Of a DNA stretch of 23,018 bases, positions 8,384 through 17,054 are shown in pieces (the first letter of the stretch is position 1; every line of letters starts with the position of its first letter). The stretch is from Oligoflexales bacterium. GTDB taxonomy: Bacteria; Bdellovibrionota_B; Oligoflexia; Oligoflexales; CAIYRB01. A program made the position numbers and the translations under genes. The DNA is taken from the NCBI GenBank assembly GCA_041736175.1, contig JBGSUI010000165.1:1-23018 (forward strand), written 5' to 3'. The notes beneath the pieces are model-generated. The model was not told the origin of the DNA, ran no database searches, and saw only the letters and a list, made by a program, of their open reading frames with translations.

Positions 8384-9820
8384 TTAGATCGCCACGACAC
8401 TCATCCATTTATCTTCGAGAGCACGGTAGGCGTCGAGGCTTAAACAAGTTTGGTTGTGAAAGGCTAAGGCGTCCAGCACATCGTCAGCTGGCGTGCGCCC
8501 TCGCTCGGTAAATTGGTCCCGATACGCCGCAAACTCTGTCTCTGCACCACCCTCTTTGTAACAAGACGCCAGTTGTCCAAAACCCTTTTGAGCCAGATTC
8601 ATGACCTCACGGGAGACCTTTGCCAAGATCGGATGGTTAAGCCCGTCTTCGGCTGATCCCATAAGCTGGGGGATTTGGTCAACATAAGGCACCAGCAGGT
8701 CGATCAATTGGTCGAGGATCTTATCGCTATAGAGGAGTCCCGTCCAAAAAACCGCTGGCACACCTTGAAACGCCCGAGGTTGGGCATCAGCAGAACGCAG
8801 CTCTAAAAATCCACGGGGACGAACCTCAGGAAAAAGCAGGGAGAGGTGGGTTGTAAAATCAACTAATTGTGGTTTTACATCCGGAAGGGCTCCTTCGAGA
8901 AGCTGGCTAAACGTGATGGGTTTTGGAGGAATCAAATAACCGGCTGACTCAACAAAAACCACAGTAGACTGTAACGCAAAATCAAAATAAATCTGTACCG
9001 CTTCCTTACGGCTCAAATCCTTTAAAAGCCTTTTATAGGCCGGGAGACCCGTACGGCTCGGATCTGCATGCCGCCACACTCGAGTCCGGAACCCGCGGAT
9101 ACCTTGGTTCTTGCCGTCGACCACCGGTGAGTTGCAAAAAATCGCCGCGGCAAAAGGTGCCAACAGTTCGCTGGCTAAATAGCGCTTGGCCAGGATGGTT
9201 TCGTTGGGGCCAAAATCCAAATTGACCTGAATGGTGCAGGTCTGGCGCATCATCCGCTGCCCGTAGGGACTGATCGCTGCAAAATGCTGGTCCATGGCCA
9301 AGTAGCGGGATTTCCGCATCTGGAGGGTGATCTCATCTTTTGTGTGCCAGGGATTGATTCCGGTCTGGACGATCACAAACCCCTTTTGGTTAAGCCCCGC
9401 CTCGATCAAAGTCTGGGCTTCCCGTAGACGTCGATTGGCTTCTGCAAGGCAAGGGTAGGGTTTGGTGGAGATTTCAATCTGCCCCCCCGGCTCAAAGCTG
9501 ATCATGTCTCCTTCCTGCATCTTTGCTGTCAGGAGCCGTGGAACACCCTGATCATCTGCCGTAAAATTGAGCTCCCACTGATGTTGTCGACCCAAGGACT
9601 CGATGATTTTAGAAGTGGGGTGAGGCCCTGTAAAGAGCTGGCTCACCTGAGGCTTATCAGGGTCGCTGCCTCCGGGCTTGACGACCAGCATCTCGATTTC
9701 AAGGCCCACCAGACCAGGCCATTTGGGATGCTTGGGTTGGTAGTCCGAAGGTCGTAACTTAAACACCGTTTCATCAATATGCTGGAGACACTGGTCTCGG
9801 TTGATGGTTTTTGGCTCCAC
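8384..9820 (-). CDS. gshA: Glutamate--cysteine ligase (GCS2 / plant-like GshA family)
   Basis: GLEIE, ISFEPGGQIEIS, MMRQTCTIQVNLD, HLSLLFPEVRPRGFLELRSAD and PAVFWTGLLY motifs. GGGAG SD before the GTG start. Confidence 0.88.
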   Translation of the reverse strand: MEPKTINRDQCLQHIDETVFKLRPSDYQPKHPKWPGLVGLEIEMLVVKPGGSDPDKPQVSQLFTGPHPTSKIIESLGRQHQWELNFTADDQGVPRLLTAKMQEGDMISFEPGGQIEISTKPYPCLAEANRRLREAQTLIEAGLNQKGFVIVQTGINPWHTKDEITLQMRKSRYLAMDQHFAAISPYGQRMMRQTCTIQVNLDFGPNETILAKRYLASELLAPFAAAIFCNSPVVDGKNQGIRGFRTRVWRHADPSRTGLPAYKRLLKDLSRKEAVQIYFDFALQSTVVFVESAGYLIPPKPITFSQLLEGALPDVKPQLVDFTTHLSLLFPEVRPRGFLELRSADAQPRAFQGVPAVFWTGLLYSDKILDQLIDLLVPYVDQIPQLMGSAEDGLNHPILAKVSREVMNLAQKGFGQLASCYKEGGAETEFAAYRDQFTERGRTPADDVLDALAFHNQTCLSLDAYRALEDKWMSVVAI

Positions 9821-9874
9821 GTTAGCTCCCTCGTTGCTGGCATCAGGAGGTGTTTAAGGGACAGTTAATGACTG

Positions 9875-10300
9875 TCAGGGACTGCTGGGTGCGGCCTCCA
9901 CATTGATGGCAAAATCCGTTATACCGTGTTTCCTGACTGTATCAATCAGTTTTACCACCTGCCCATGGGGAGTTGTTTGGTCAGCAGCGATAATAGCGTT
10001 GACCGAGGCACTGGGCTCATCTTTTTTAAAGGCCGTAATTTTATCTTTGATCTCTTCAAAGGTGATAGGTTGTCCATCTAAAAACAGCCCGCCTTTCGCA
10101 TCTAAAGTGAAAGCCATGTTCTTAGAGGGGGCCTTGGTGTCGGCAGTCTCTGCCTTAGGGAGATTGACGGCAATCGACTGGTTGACGATATAGTTTGCCG
10201 TGACCATAAAGATTATAAGAAGAACCAACATCACGTCCACAAGGGGAGTTACGTTGATGCCCGTGATATCGTCGTCGCCATCTGCGATTCCACCTGCCAT
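9875..10300 (-). CDS. exbD: ExbD/TolR biopolymer transport protein
   Basis: INVTPLVDVMLVLLIIFMVT, VNLPKA and IAADQTTPHGQVVKLID motifs. Confidence 0.92.
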   Translation of the reverse strand: MAGGIADGDDDITGINVTPLVDVMLVLLIIFMVTANYIVNQSIAVNLPKAETADTKAPSKNMAFTLDAKGGLFLDGQPITFEEIKDKITAFKKDEPSASVNAIIAADQTTPHGQVVKLIDTVRKHGITDFAINVEAAPSSP

Positions 10301-10303
10301 AAC

Positions 10304-10960
10304 TTAGACCTCCGATTGATGGGAAAGAAGTAGCTTCATAATAGCCTCTGCATTGGCATAGTGCCGTCTGACGATGCGGTTGAGTGCATTAAAACCCACC
10401 ACCGCCGGAATAGCCACCATCAGTCCTACTGCTGTGGCCACCAAGGCTTCTGAGATCCCCGCCATCACCACAGATGGCCCTCCCACGGGATTGTTTGCTA
10501 AATCCTTAAAAGCCATAATAATACCGATCACTGTCCCAAAGAGGCCCACAAAAGGAGCATTGTTGCCTAGGGTCCCTAAGACGATCAGCCCGCGATCCAG
10601 GACCTGGCGTTCTCCCGCAAGATAACCCTCCATGCTCTCACGCATGGCTTGGGGCCCCCGCTCACGGTAGGCAAGCCCCCGGAGGACCACCTGGGATTCC
10701 AAGGCCGGCACGTTTTCACAGACCCGGCGCACCCCGTCAAAATCGTTGTCGATGAGATTTTTAGTCACCTTTGATATAAAGTCATTAAAATCCAGTGAAA
10801 TCCGGAAGAAAAAGATCCCTCGCTCGATGATGATAGCCACTGAAACAACACTTAAAATCAACAACAGCCACAGGATCCACTCGGTCCCCAGCATAGTGAT
10901 TCCAAGAAGTTGCTCGACGATGTTAAAGCCATGCTCTTTGGCCACTTGAGTGGTATCCAT
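10304..10960 (-). CDS. exbB: MotA/TolQ/ExbB proton channel protein
   Basis: LGTLGNNAPFVGLFGTVIGII and AGISEALVATAVGLMVAIPAV motifs. Confidence 0.92.
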   Translation of the reverse strand: MDTTQVAKEHGFNIVEQLLGITMLGTEWILWLLLILSVVSVAIIIERGIFFFRISLDFNDFISKVTKNLIDNDFDGVRRVCENVPALESQVVLRGLAYRERGPQAMRESMEGYLAGERQVLDRGLIVLGTLGNNAPFVGLFGTVIGIIMAFKDLANNPVGGPSVVMAGISEALVATAVGLMVAIPAVVGFNALNRIVRRHYANAEAIMKLLLSHQSEV

Positions 10961-10969
10961 AAGTCTCTC

Positions 10970-12211
10970 CTAAAAGTTAACGGAATCTAGAAAGTCCTTA
11001 AATATAGTATTATCGATTAGATAACTTTTGTAGCTATTAAAAGTTAACGAGAGTGTGAGTCCAAAGGATTCAAAGACCCTTTTAAGCCCAATGGTGTTGT
11101 CTTGGGACTTTTCTTGGAAATGGTGCTGCTCAAAGTCCAGGGTCACCTGGAGAAACTTTTCCTTAGAAAAGGGAACAATAGCTCCCACCCCTACCCCCCC
11201 TCCGTAGCCACTAAGGGCAGAGGTCACTTCGACCCCAGGAGCAAGCTGGTCGGAAGGTCGCTCCAGACGGTATTGGCTCGGACCTCCATAGAGGGAGATC
11301 AGGAGAGACTTAGCGATGCGGAGACCAAACTCGGCACCCCCGTGGACCAAGGTGGCATCAGGACGGCTCACCCCCGGACTGCCCCGCCTTGCGGACAACC
11401 CAGACCCGTATAGACCCATATCAAAAACCTGTCGTACGGAATAACCAGCACCTAGCCTCAGTCCAAATCCGTAGTAATTTGGGGTTGGCTCGTCGCTCTG
11501 GGGTTTAGCTGCAAACTGTGCTGAACGAAGCCCTCCCGTAAAGTAAGGACCTGCAAGACTCATGTCGGAAGTGGCTGCGACTAAAATCCCCATAAGCAGG
11601 AGGCTGGTCCACCGTTTGTAAGAGCTGCCCGGCTCTCCTGGAGGAGGATAGGGGGGATAGGGATCTAAAAGGGTGCCGAGCAGCTCGGCAAGTTTTGCCT
11701 CGTAGAGAGCCAGTGCCATCCCCGACTCCTGAAAGACTTCGGAGGCCACCCTGGGGTACACCAACCCGGAGGTCGAACCAGGAGAGGGGTCCACTGGGAG
11801 ACGGAGTTGGGCCTGTTCGAGGGGGGTCCCCTCCCGGATAAAGGTCCCATCGCCGTAGATTTTTGCGGCCTTACTAAGGGTCCATCCCCCATGGTTGGAT
11901 TCGAAAAGCCAGCCTTTTTCATTGAAGGGCTGCACAAAAAAATAAGGAACCCCCGTGGCCAGTCGGCCATACTCTCGGTGGTAAGGAACTTGCTTTTCAT
12001 CGAGGCTGCGATAGATCTTATGGCGTAACCTGATAAAGAATTCTACCGCCAAAGGGCCATCCTCTAGAGGTTCGTAGGTATCCAAGAGGGAGGTCCCTTC
12101 AGCTAAGTCCCTTGCGGCCTCGCGAGGTCCTGCTGTCTTGGGGATAGGTCTGGTGGGCTCTAAGATTTTTGCGAGCATTCCCTTGACAGAAGATTTCAAT
12201 GTTCGTATCAC
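10970..12211 (-). CDS. Hypothetical protein: unknown N-terminal domain, internal signal-like segment, C-terminal outer-membrane beta-barrel-like domain
   Basis: KRWTSLLLMGILVAATSDMSLA near aa 200 is followed by alternating Gly/aromatic strands (YGFGLRLGAGYS, GGAEFGLR, GYGGGVGVG, FGLTLSLTF) and a terminal Phe. The start is uncertain (12211 or 12178). Confidence 0.6.
   Translation of the reverse strand: MIRTLKSSVKGMLAKILEPTRPIPKTAGPREAARDLAEGTSLLDTYEPLEDGPLAVEFFIRLRHKIYRSLDEKQVPYHREYGRLATGVPYFFVQPFNEKGWLFESNHGGWTLSKAAKIYGDGTFIREGTPLEQAQLRLPVDPSPGSTSGLVYPRVASEVFQESGMALALYEAKLAELLGTLLDPYPPYPPPGEPGSSYKRWTSLLLMGILVAATSDMSLAGPYFTGGLRSAQFAAKPQSDEPTPNYYGFGLRLGAGYSVRQVFDMGLYGSGLSARRGSPGVSRPDATLVHGGAEFGLRIAKSLLISLYGGPSQYRLERPSDQLAPGVEVTSALSGYGGGVGVGAIVPFSKEKFLQVTLDFEQHHFQEKSQDNTIGLKRVFESFGLTLSLTFNSYKSYLIDNTIFKDFLDSVNF
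12183..12211 (+). promoter_or_regulatory. Sigma70 promoter for the tRNA-Gly pair
   Basis: TTGACA-N17-TATCAC, 31 nt upstream of the first tRNA. Confidence 0.6.
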
Positions 12212-12242
12212 TAGGTGTCTCCGGCGAGATCAAGCTCCGTAA

Positions 12243-12319
12243 GCGGGAGTAGCTCAGTTGGCTAGAGCGTCGCGTTGCCATCGCGAAGGTCGGGGGTTCG
12301 AATCCCCTCTCCCGCTCCA
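12243..12319 (+). tRNA. tRNA-Gly(GCC)
   Basis: Acceptor GCGGGAG/CTCCCGC, anticodon arm TCGCG-TTGCCAT-CGCGA, GGTTCGAATCC T arm, U73 discriminator and encoded CCA. Confidence 0.97.
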
Positions 12320-12473
12320 CATCATGTTTTTGATGAATGGAATCAGGCCCATAGATCGTTTCCTAGCTCGTGTGGGTCGTGTGTCAGCCTGGATTGTTTT
12401 ATCGTTTGAATCCCCAGAAGCGTTGTGTTTAGTCTACCATCATTTGTTTAGCCTGTCCTTTATCACTCCATAA

Positions 12474-12550
12474 GCGGGAGTAGCTCAGTTGGCTAGAGCG
12501 TCGCGTTGCCATCGCGAAGGTCGGGGGTTCGAATCCCCTTTCCCGCTCCA
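12474..12550 (+). tRNA. tRNA-Gly(GCC), second copy
   Basis: Identical to the first copy except one C>T giving a G.U pair at the base of the acceptor stem. CCA is encoded. Confidence 0.96.
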
Positions 12551-12585
12551 AATCATTCTTACGCCTCTATCGAAGCCTATCTAAG

Positions 12586-13863
12586 CTACGCAGATACCAA
12601 TCTTAAGAGCGTCAATTCGGTGGTCGAACCAAACCTCATGGGTGGCCCCCAACTTCCCGTGCCTGCATTGACATAGACTTGGAGTTTTTCCCCTTCTCTC
12701 GAGAGGCCCGCATAGTGGGGAGCGTGGATCAACTTTGTGACCAAGGTCCAAGGCAAAAACTGCCCAGCATGGGTATGGCCCGAAAGCTGGATATCAAACC
12801 CCGCAGCAGCCACCCCCGATGCTAACTTCGGGTTATGGGCCAGCATCAGCCGGAACATCCTACCCTCTCCTCGATCATCATGATGATTTTTGTCATCGTG
12901 GCTTGCCATCCCGGGGGGTGATCCTGGGTAGAGGGTCGCTCGTGCCCGTTGGGGATCAGGCTCCTGTCCCGGACCTTCGAGGCGTGAGGCGGGATCGGTC
13001 ACTCCTGCAACCATCAGCCGGCTATGGCCACCGAGGGGACAGATCACGTGTTCGTTGCGCAACACGAGAATACCCATCTCCTGGGTCCAAAACCGGGTCC
13101 ATGCCTGGGATCCAGAATAATAGTCGTGATTGCCAAGGCACATATAACTACCCAGTTTAGACCGGAGGTTTTTTAAAGGTTCTGCATGAAAAGCCAGGTC
13201 TTGGACCGAGCCATCGACCATATCACCTGTCAGGGCAATCATATCGGCCTGCAGACTGTTGGCCTGGGCGACGACCCGTTCCACATAGCTGCGGCGGATG
13301 GTGGCTCCCACGTGGAGATCGCTGATTTGCACGATTCGAAATTGATGCAAACCAGGGGGGAGGTTTGGCACTTCGACATCCACTTCTTTAAGGACGGGAC
13401 CTTGGGTCGCCTTAAGGGTGCCCAGGATCCAAGCCAATATCGACAGACTTGCGACCAGGTCACCCCCGCGCTGATCCAAAATAAAATACCAAGGCGCAAG
13501 CTCGGAAAGGAGCGCCTCGGCTCCACCCCAACCGTCTGGGAGGCTGAGCCCCCTTAGAACCATCAAAGACAGATCCCTGAGGAGCAGGAGGATAAGCATA
13601 AAGTTGATCCAGCCCATACTCAGGTAACACCCGAGATGGACCACATGGTCAACCCGACCTAATTTTCGAGACTCCCTCTGCCCGTGCCAATAGACCACAG
13701 GCACCACCCACACTAAAAAAAAGGGAATCGCTACCAGTCCTTGCACCCAGCTGTTGTCCGTAAGGCGGATCGCTGCGTAGCTATAGAGGCCACAGCTGAG
13801 GAGCGTCAGTATGATGACAAAGGGATTAAAGATACGCTGGAGGATGAGTTGGGTCTGTGTCAT
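12586..13863 (-). CDS. Membrane-anchored calcineurin-like metallophosphoesterase (YkuE/YaeI-like)
   Basis: N-terminal TM helices plus QISDLH, LTGDMVD, LGNHDYY, LAHNP and LSGHTHAGQ motifs. Confidence 0.92.
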   Translation of the reverse strand: MTQTQLILQRIFNPFVIILTLLSCGLYSYAAIRLTDNSWVQGLVAIPFFLVWVVPVVYWHGQRESRKLGRVDHVVHLGCYLSMGWINFMLILLLLRDLSLMVLRGLSLPDGWGGAEALLSELAPWYFILDQRGGDLVASLSILAWILGTLKATQGPVLKEVDVEVPNLPPGLHQFRIVQISDLHVGATIRRSYVERVVAQANSLQADMIALTGDMVDGSVQDLAFHAEPLKNLRSKLGSYMCLGNHDYYSGSQAWTRFWTQEMGILVLRNEHVICPLGGHSRLMVAGVTDPASRLEGPGQEPDPQRARATLYPGSPPGMASHDDKNHHDDRGEGRMFRLMLAHNPKLASGVAAAGFDIQLSGHTHAGQFLPWTLVTKLIHAPHYAGLSREGEKLQVYVNAGTGSWGPPMRFGSTTELTLLRLVSA

Positions 13864-14005
13864 TTCGGGGTCGGGCTCCGGATGAGGGTACCTGCGGCGC
13901 GGGTTGTGGCGTTATAAGGATTTTATGTCAAATCTCTTTCTCGGCATAGCCAGCGCTGTAAGTAAATGATGTGAGCCGCTTCGAGCCCCTTGATAGTGCC
14001 CGACA

Positions 14006-14845
14006 TTAGGGTTTACAGGTGACCGTGTTTTCGTTGCCTTTGGTTATACTTCGACACTTATGAGATCCCTCTCCGTCAAAGGTAATCTTACCTTGGTTTC
14101 CGGTCATCAAGATGGACGCAAGTCCCACAGAGGCCTCTTTAGCTACAGTGACCTTGACCTCAGGCTGGTTGCCGTGGGTGATGATGTAAAGGTTGGTCAA
14201 TGCCGTAGCCACTTGAAACGTGACTTTGTTGAGATTCCCTGTGACCACAAGACATATGGCGTCGACTTTTGGAGCGTTTTTAACAGCGGCTTCTAGAGCG
14301 TTCGACCCTCCGTGGACGTAGATCGCCCTGGACGTGTCGATTGTTATGGATTCACTTTGTCCATTGCCGGCAATCTTCAGGCTTGTGCCGTTGATCCCTA
14401 AACTCTTTTCGCATGGGAGTTTTCCCTTATCATTACCTGCGTCTTTTCCCTTTTCTGAGCCCTTGTTGTCCTTCGACTCCCCATAGCCAGTGTTGTTATC
14501 TGCTCCACCCTTGCCGCCATTGGCCAGATCCTCAAAGGTATCAAAAATCCCCTCCTTATCCATAAAGTCCTCAAACCAATCGATGCCATTTTTCCCTTTA
14601 TTTTTGAGGTCTTCATCGTTGTTTAAAGGATTTTCGTTTGATTTATTGGTCGTAGACACAGACGCATCATTGACCTGGGCTGAAGGCTGACCAGATCCCT
14701 CTTTGGCATCTTGGTCGCCTATACCTGTCTGTTTCAAAGCGCCGCGTCCCTTAAATCCAGTGTTCGAGCAGCTGGTAAGCGATAAAAAAATCCCCGTACT
14801 TATAAGTGCCAAACTGTTTGCGATGTCTTTTTTGGTAAAAACCAT
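14006..14845 (-). CDS. Hypothetical lipoprotein with a low-complexity linker and C-terminal G-N-x-N/Q beta-repeat domain
   Basis: AAAGGAG SD before the ATG at 14845, lipobox LTSC, and repeated strands IAGNGQ, VHGGSN, VTGNLN, THGNQP, MTGNQG. Confidence 0.75.
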   Translation of the reverse strand: MVFTKKDIANSLALISTGIFLSLTSCSNTGFKGRGALKQTGIGDQDAKEGSGQPSAQVNDASVSTTNKSNENPLNNDEDLKNKGKNGIDWFEDFMDKEGIFDTFEDLANGGKGGADNNTGYGESKDNKGSEKGKDAGNDKGKLPCEKSLGINGTSLKIAGNGQSESITIDTSRAIYVHGGSNALEAAVKNAPKVDAICLVVTGNLNKVTFQVATALTNLYIITHGNQPEVKVTVAKEASVGLASILMTGNQGKITFDGEGSHKCRSITKGNENTVTCKP

Positions 14846-14909
14846 AATGCCCTCTCCTTTTTGTAAATTTGGGACAAAACATATCCCCCTGTAAAAGCTA
14901 ACATCAAGC

Positions 14910-14936
14910 TTATCGGTACATAAAATTTGCTTCCTA
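14910..14936 (-). promoter_or_regulatory. Sigma28-like promoter
   Basis: The minus strand reads TAGG-N15-ACCGATAA upstream of the lipoprotein start. Confidence 0.45.
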
Positions 14937-15332
14937 AACAAATATTATATACTACTGATTTGATTGTGCTTTATAAAGATAAATGTGTCGTTTCCCATAG
15001 AAATTTGGTAGGTTTTTGCATCCTTCTTGGAGGCGACTGAGCGCCTATGACACATGGTAGGATTACCAACAATAGGTTGCTTTAAGAAATGGCTCGCAGC
15101 CCAATCAAACATTTCCAGGACAGCGTCCTCACCGCCCATGCCGCTGTTGAGCATCCTGGAAGCCTAGAAAGCTCACTGAGCTAACAATAAGACTCTTGAT
15201 TAAACTGCTCTTCATTTTCATTCCCTTTGATTAAAACTTTTGATTGACTGATTGGTGTTCGACATGAACACACAGCGATTTAAAGAGTCGCTTGGTCCCC
15301 CCGGAGATTGCATCGCGGATTTATTTTATTTC

Positions 15333-15353
15333 CGATAAGATCTTATCTTATCG
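15333..15353. promoter_or_regulatory. Inverted repeat CGATAAGAT-ctt-ATCTTATCG upstream of the ECF sigma gene
   Basis: Perfect 9-bp arms, also containing the 14-bp palindrome GATAAGATCTTATC. Confidence 0.4.
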
Positions 15354-15479
15354 TTTTTATTGTATTATATGGACTTTAATGCTCACTGGTACAATCTTTG
15401 CATTTCTGCTCTTTAAGGTCAGAATCGAGGGGGTATCGGACCAGCTCGAAAGCACCATAAAAAGGAGAAATTCAACTCT

Positions 15480-15968
15480 ATGGATCTCAATCAAAAATCA
15501 ACTGTCGATGTTTCAAGTCAAGATTTTCTACAACTCTATCAAGAACTCCGTCCAAAACTGGAAAAGACTGTGAAAAGATTTTTCCAGTGCAAAGCCGATG
15601 TGGACGACATGCTCCAAGAAATTTTCATGACTGGATGGTCCCATTTTTATCAACTCAGATCTCTGAGCTCTTTCTCCTACTGGCTACAGACCATCGCCCG
15701 TAGAATGTGCATCAGAGAACTAAGCCGCCAACATCGACAATGGGAAACCCTTGACCCTTACGACAGCGAAGTCAGTGGGATACTAGGCCTCTCTGGTCCA
15801 ATGCAACTTCCCGACACGAAACAAAACCAAATAGGAATGAGTTTTTATTTTGGAGGAAACTCCCTTAGGGAAATTTGCCAGACAAGAGGCCTTAATCGCA
15901 ATACTGTCTTATCCCACCTGCGACGTTTTCGCCAAGAAATGAGTGGAATCATAAGCGACTCCCATTGA
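15480..15968 (+). CDS. ECF-type RNA polymerase sigma factor
   Basis: Region 2 DVDDMLQEIFMTGW...FSYWLQTIARR, region 4 SLREIC...LNRNTVLSHLRRFR, and an AAAGGAG SD. Confidence 0.85.
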   Translation: MDLNQKSTVDVSSQDFLQLYQELRPKLEKTVKRFFQCKADVDDMLQEIFMTGWSHFYQLRSLSSFSYWLQTIARRMCIRELSRQHRQWETLDPYDSEVSGILGLSGPMQLPDTKQNQIGMSFYFGGNSLREICQTRGLNRNTVLSHLRRFRQEMSGIISDSH

Positions 15969-15979
15969 CGGGCCTTAGG

Positions 15980-16966
15980 TTAGAGGGGCTTGAGACGCCC
16001 AGAGTCAACCCATTCATCCCAGGTCGAAGAATATCCATCGTAGCTGATCAAGTGCATTCCCAGCCGACCGGTGATGACACTCCCTGGATACCACTTTTTA
16101 TCCCATTTTATCGAGACCTTTGTACCAGGAGGGTGATGGCTAAACGCCCGAGCTTTGCTGCTGAGGCGAGGATGGGTTTGCTTGATCCCCGGCTTGAGAA
16201 CCATCCGCGGGTCAAAACCATTGGTAGCCACAAAAGTCGAAAGCTGGCCGTCGTTGGCAGCCATCTCGCGCTCGGTAAAGGCCGCGAGTTCTAGAAAATC
16301 GATTTGATTGTCTTGGTTGTCCTTAATGTCGACCTCACCTTTAAGGCCTTGGATGAGACAGTTGGTAAACGTCCAGGCACCGGTCGATTGGACGCTCGAT
16401 AGGGATGAGGTAAGGACTCCATAGGCGATTCGCCCTGCTCGCATCATAGCCTCAAGTCCTAGATTGCCAGAATAACAGCAGTCTGCAAAAAGCAGTGCCG
16501 TGTGCCCCTTAAAATCTTTTTCCAGGGATCTAAACAATTCTGGTAGCATCCAATTTTTGTCATAGAGCACAAAACTGCCAACTCCTTCTTTGTCTTTTGC
16601 TCCATGACCTGCGAAATAAAACCAAAGGGTGCTTTGGGCTGGAGAACGACTGATAAAGGTTCTAAACCTGGAGAGCACTCGTTCCGATTGGGCATCTTTG
16701 TCGCGGACAAACTCTATCTGCGATGGAGGCACTCCAGATTTCTTGAGTTCCTCGATCATAACGCTATCCCGACGCCCTGCTTGCGGCCAGGCCTCACCAT
16801 CGGGATAGACTAAAACCCCAACTGCAAAGACCCACGTGGATTTTGGATCCCATTTTTGGGCTGAAGGAGACGCCGCTGCGAGGCTGGGCTGTGGCCTTAT
16901 TCCTCCAAACCAGGAAAACAAACTGCCGACAAAAGAAGTCTGTAAAAAGCCTCTTCGTGTGGACAT
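15980..16966 (-). CDS. Tat-signal caspase-family (peptidase C14) protein with C-terminal Tudor/Agenet-like domain
   Basis: MSTRRGFLQ signal ending SLA/AAA, His-Cys dyad FYFAGHG and FADCCYSG, and C-terminus GTKVSIKWDKKWYPGSV...ISYDGYSSTWDEWV. Confidence 0.85.
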   Translation of the reverse strand: MSTRRGFLQTSFVGSLFSWFGGIRPQPSLAAASPSAQKWDPKSTWVFAVGVLVYPDGEAWPQAGRRDSVMIEELKKSGVPPSQIEFVRDKDAQSERVLSRFRTFISRSPAQSTLWFYFAGHGAKDKEGVGSFVLYDKNWMLPELFRSLEKDFKGHTALLFADCCYSGNLGLEAMMRAGRIAYGVLTSSLSSVQSTGAWTFTNCLIQGLKGEVDIKDNQDNQIDFLELAAFTEREMAANDGQLSTFVATNGFDPRMVLKPGIKQTHPRLSSKARAFSHHPPGTKVSIKWDKKWYPGSVITGRLGMHLISYDGYSSTWDEWVDSGRLKPL

Positions 16967-17054
16967 AGGTTTCCTTTTTCCTATAAATTTAGTCTCATAG
17001 GGATAGCGCAGTCTCTATGGTACCCATAGGAGGCCCGACCTACAAGAAAAAAGA

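Noticed and set aside
12099..12473. ORFs 12099..12320 and 12258..12473
   Set aside because: These are shadow translations of the tRNA-Gly gene (MERERGFEP-type antisense artefact).
12320..12473. Mini-CRISPR or ncRNA in the tRNA spacer
   Set aside because: The repeats are only about 10 nt, degenerate and irregularly spaced.
14846..14941. Longer N-terminus of the lipoprotein
   Set aside because: The SD and signal peptide support the ATG at 14845, and the extension overlaps the putative promoter.
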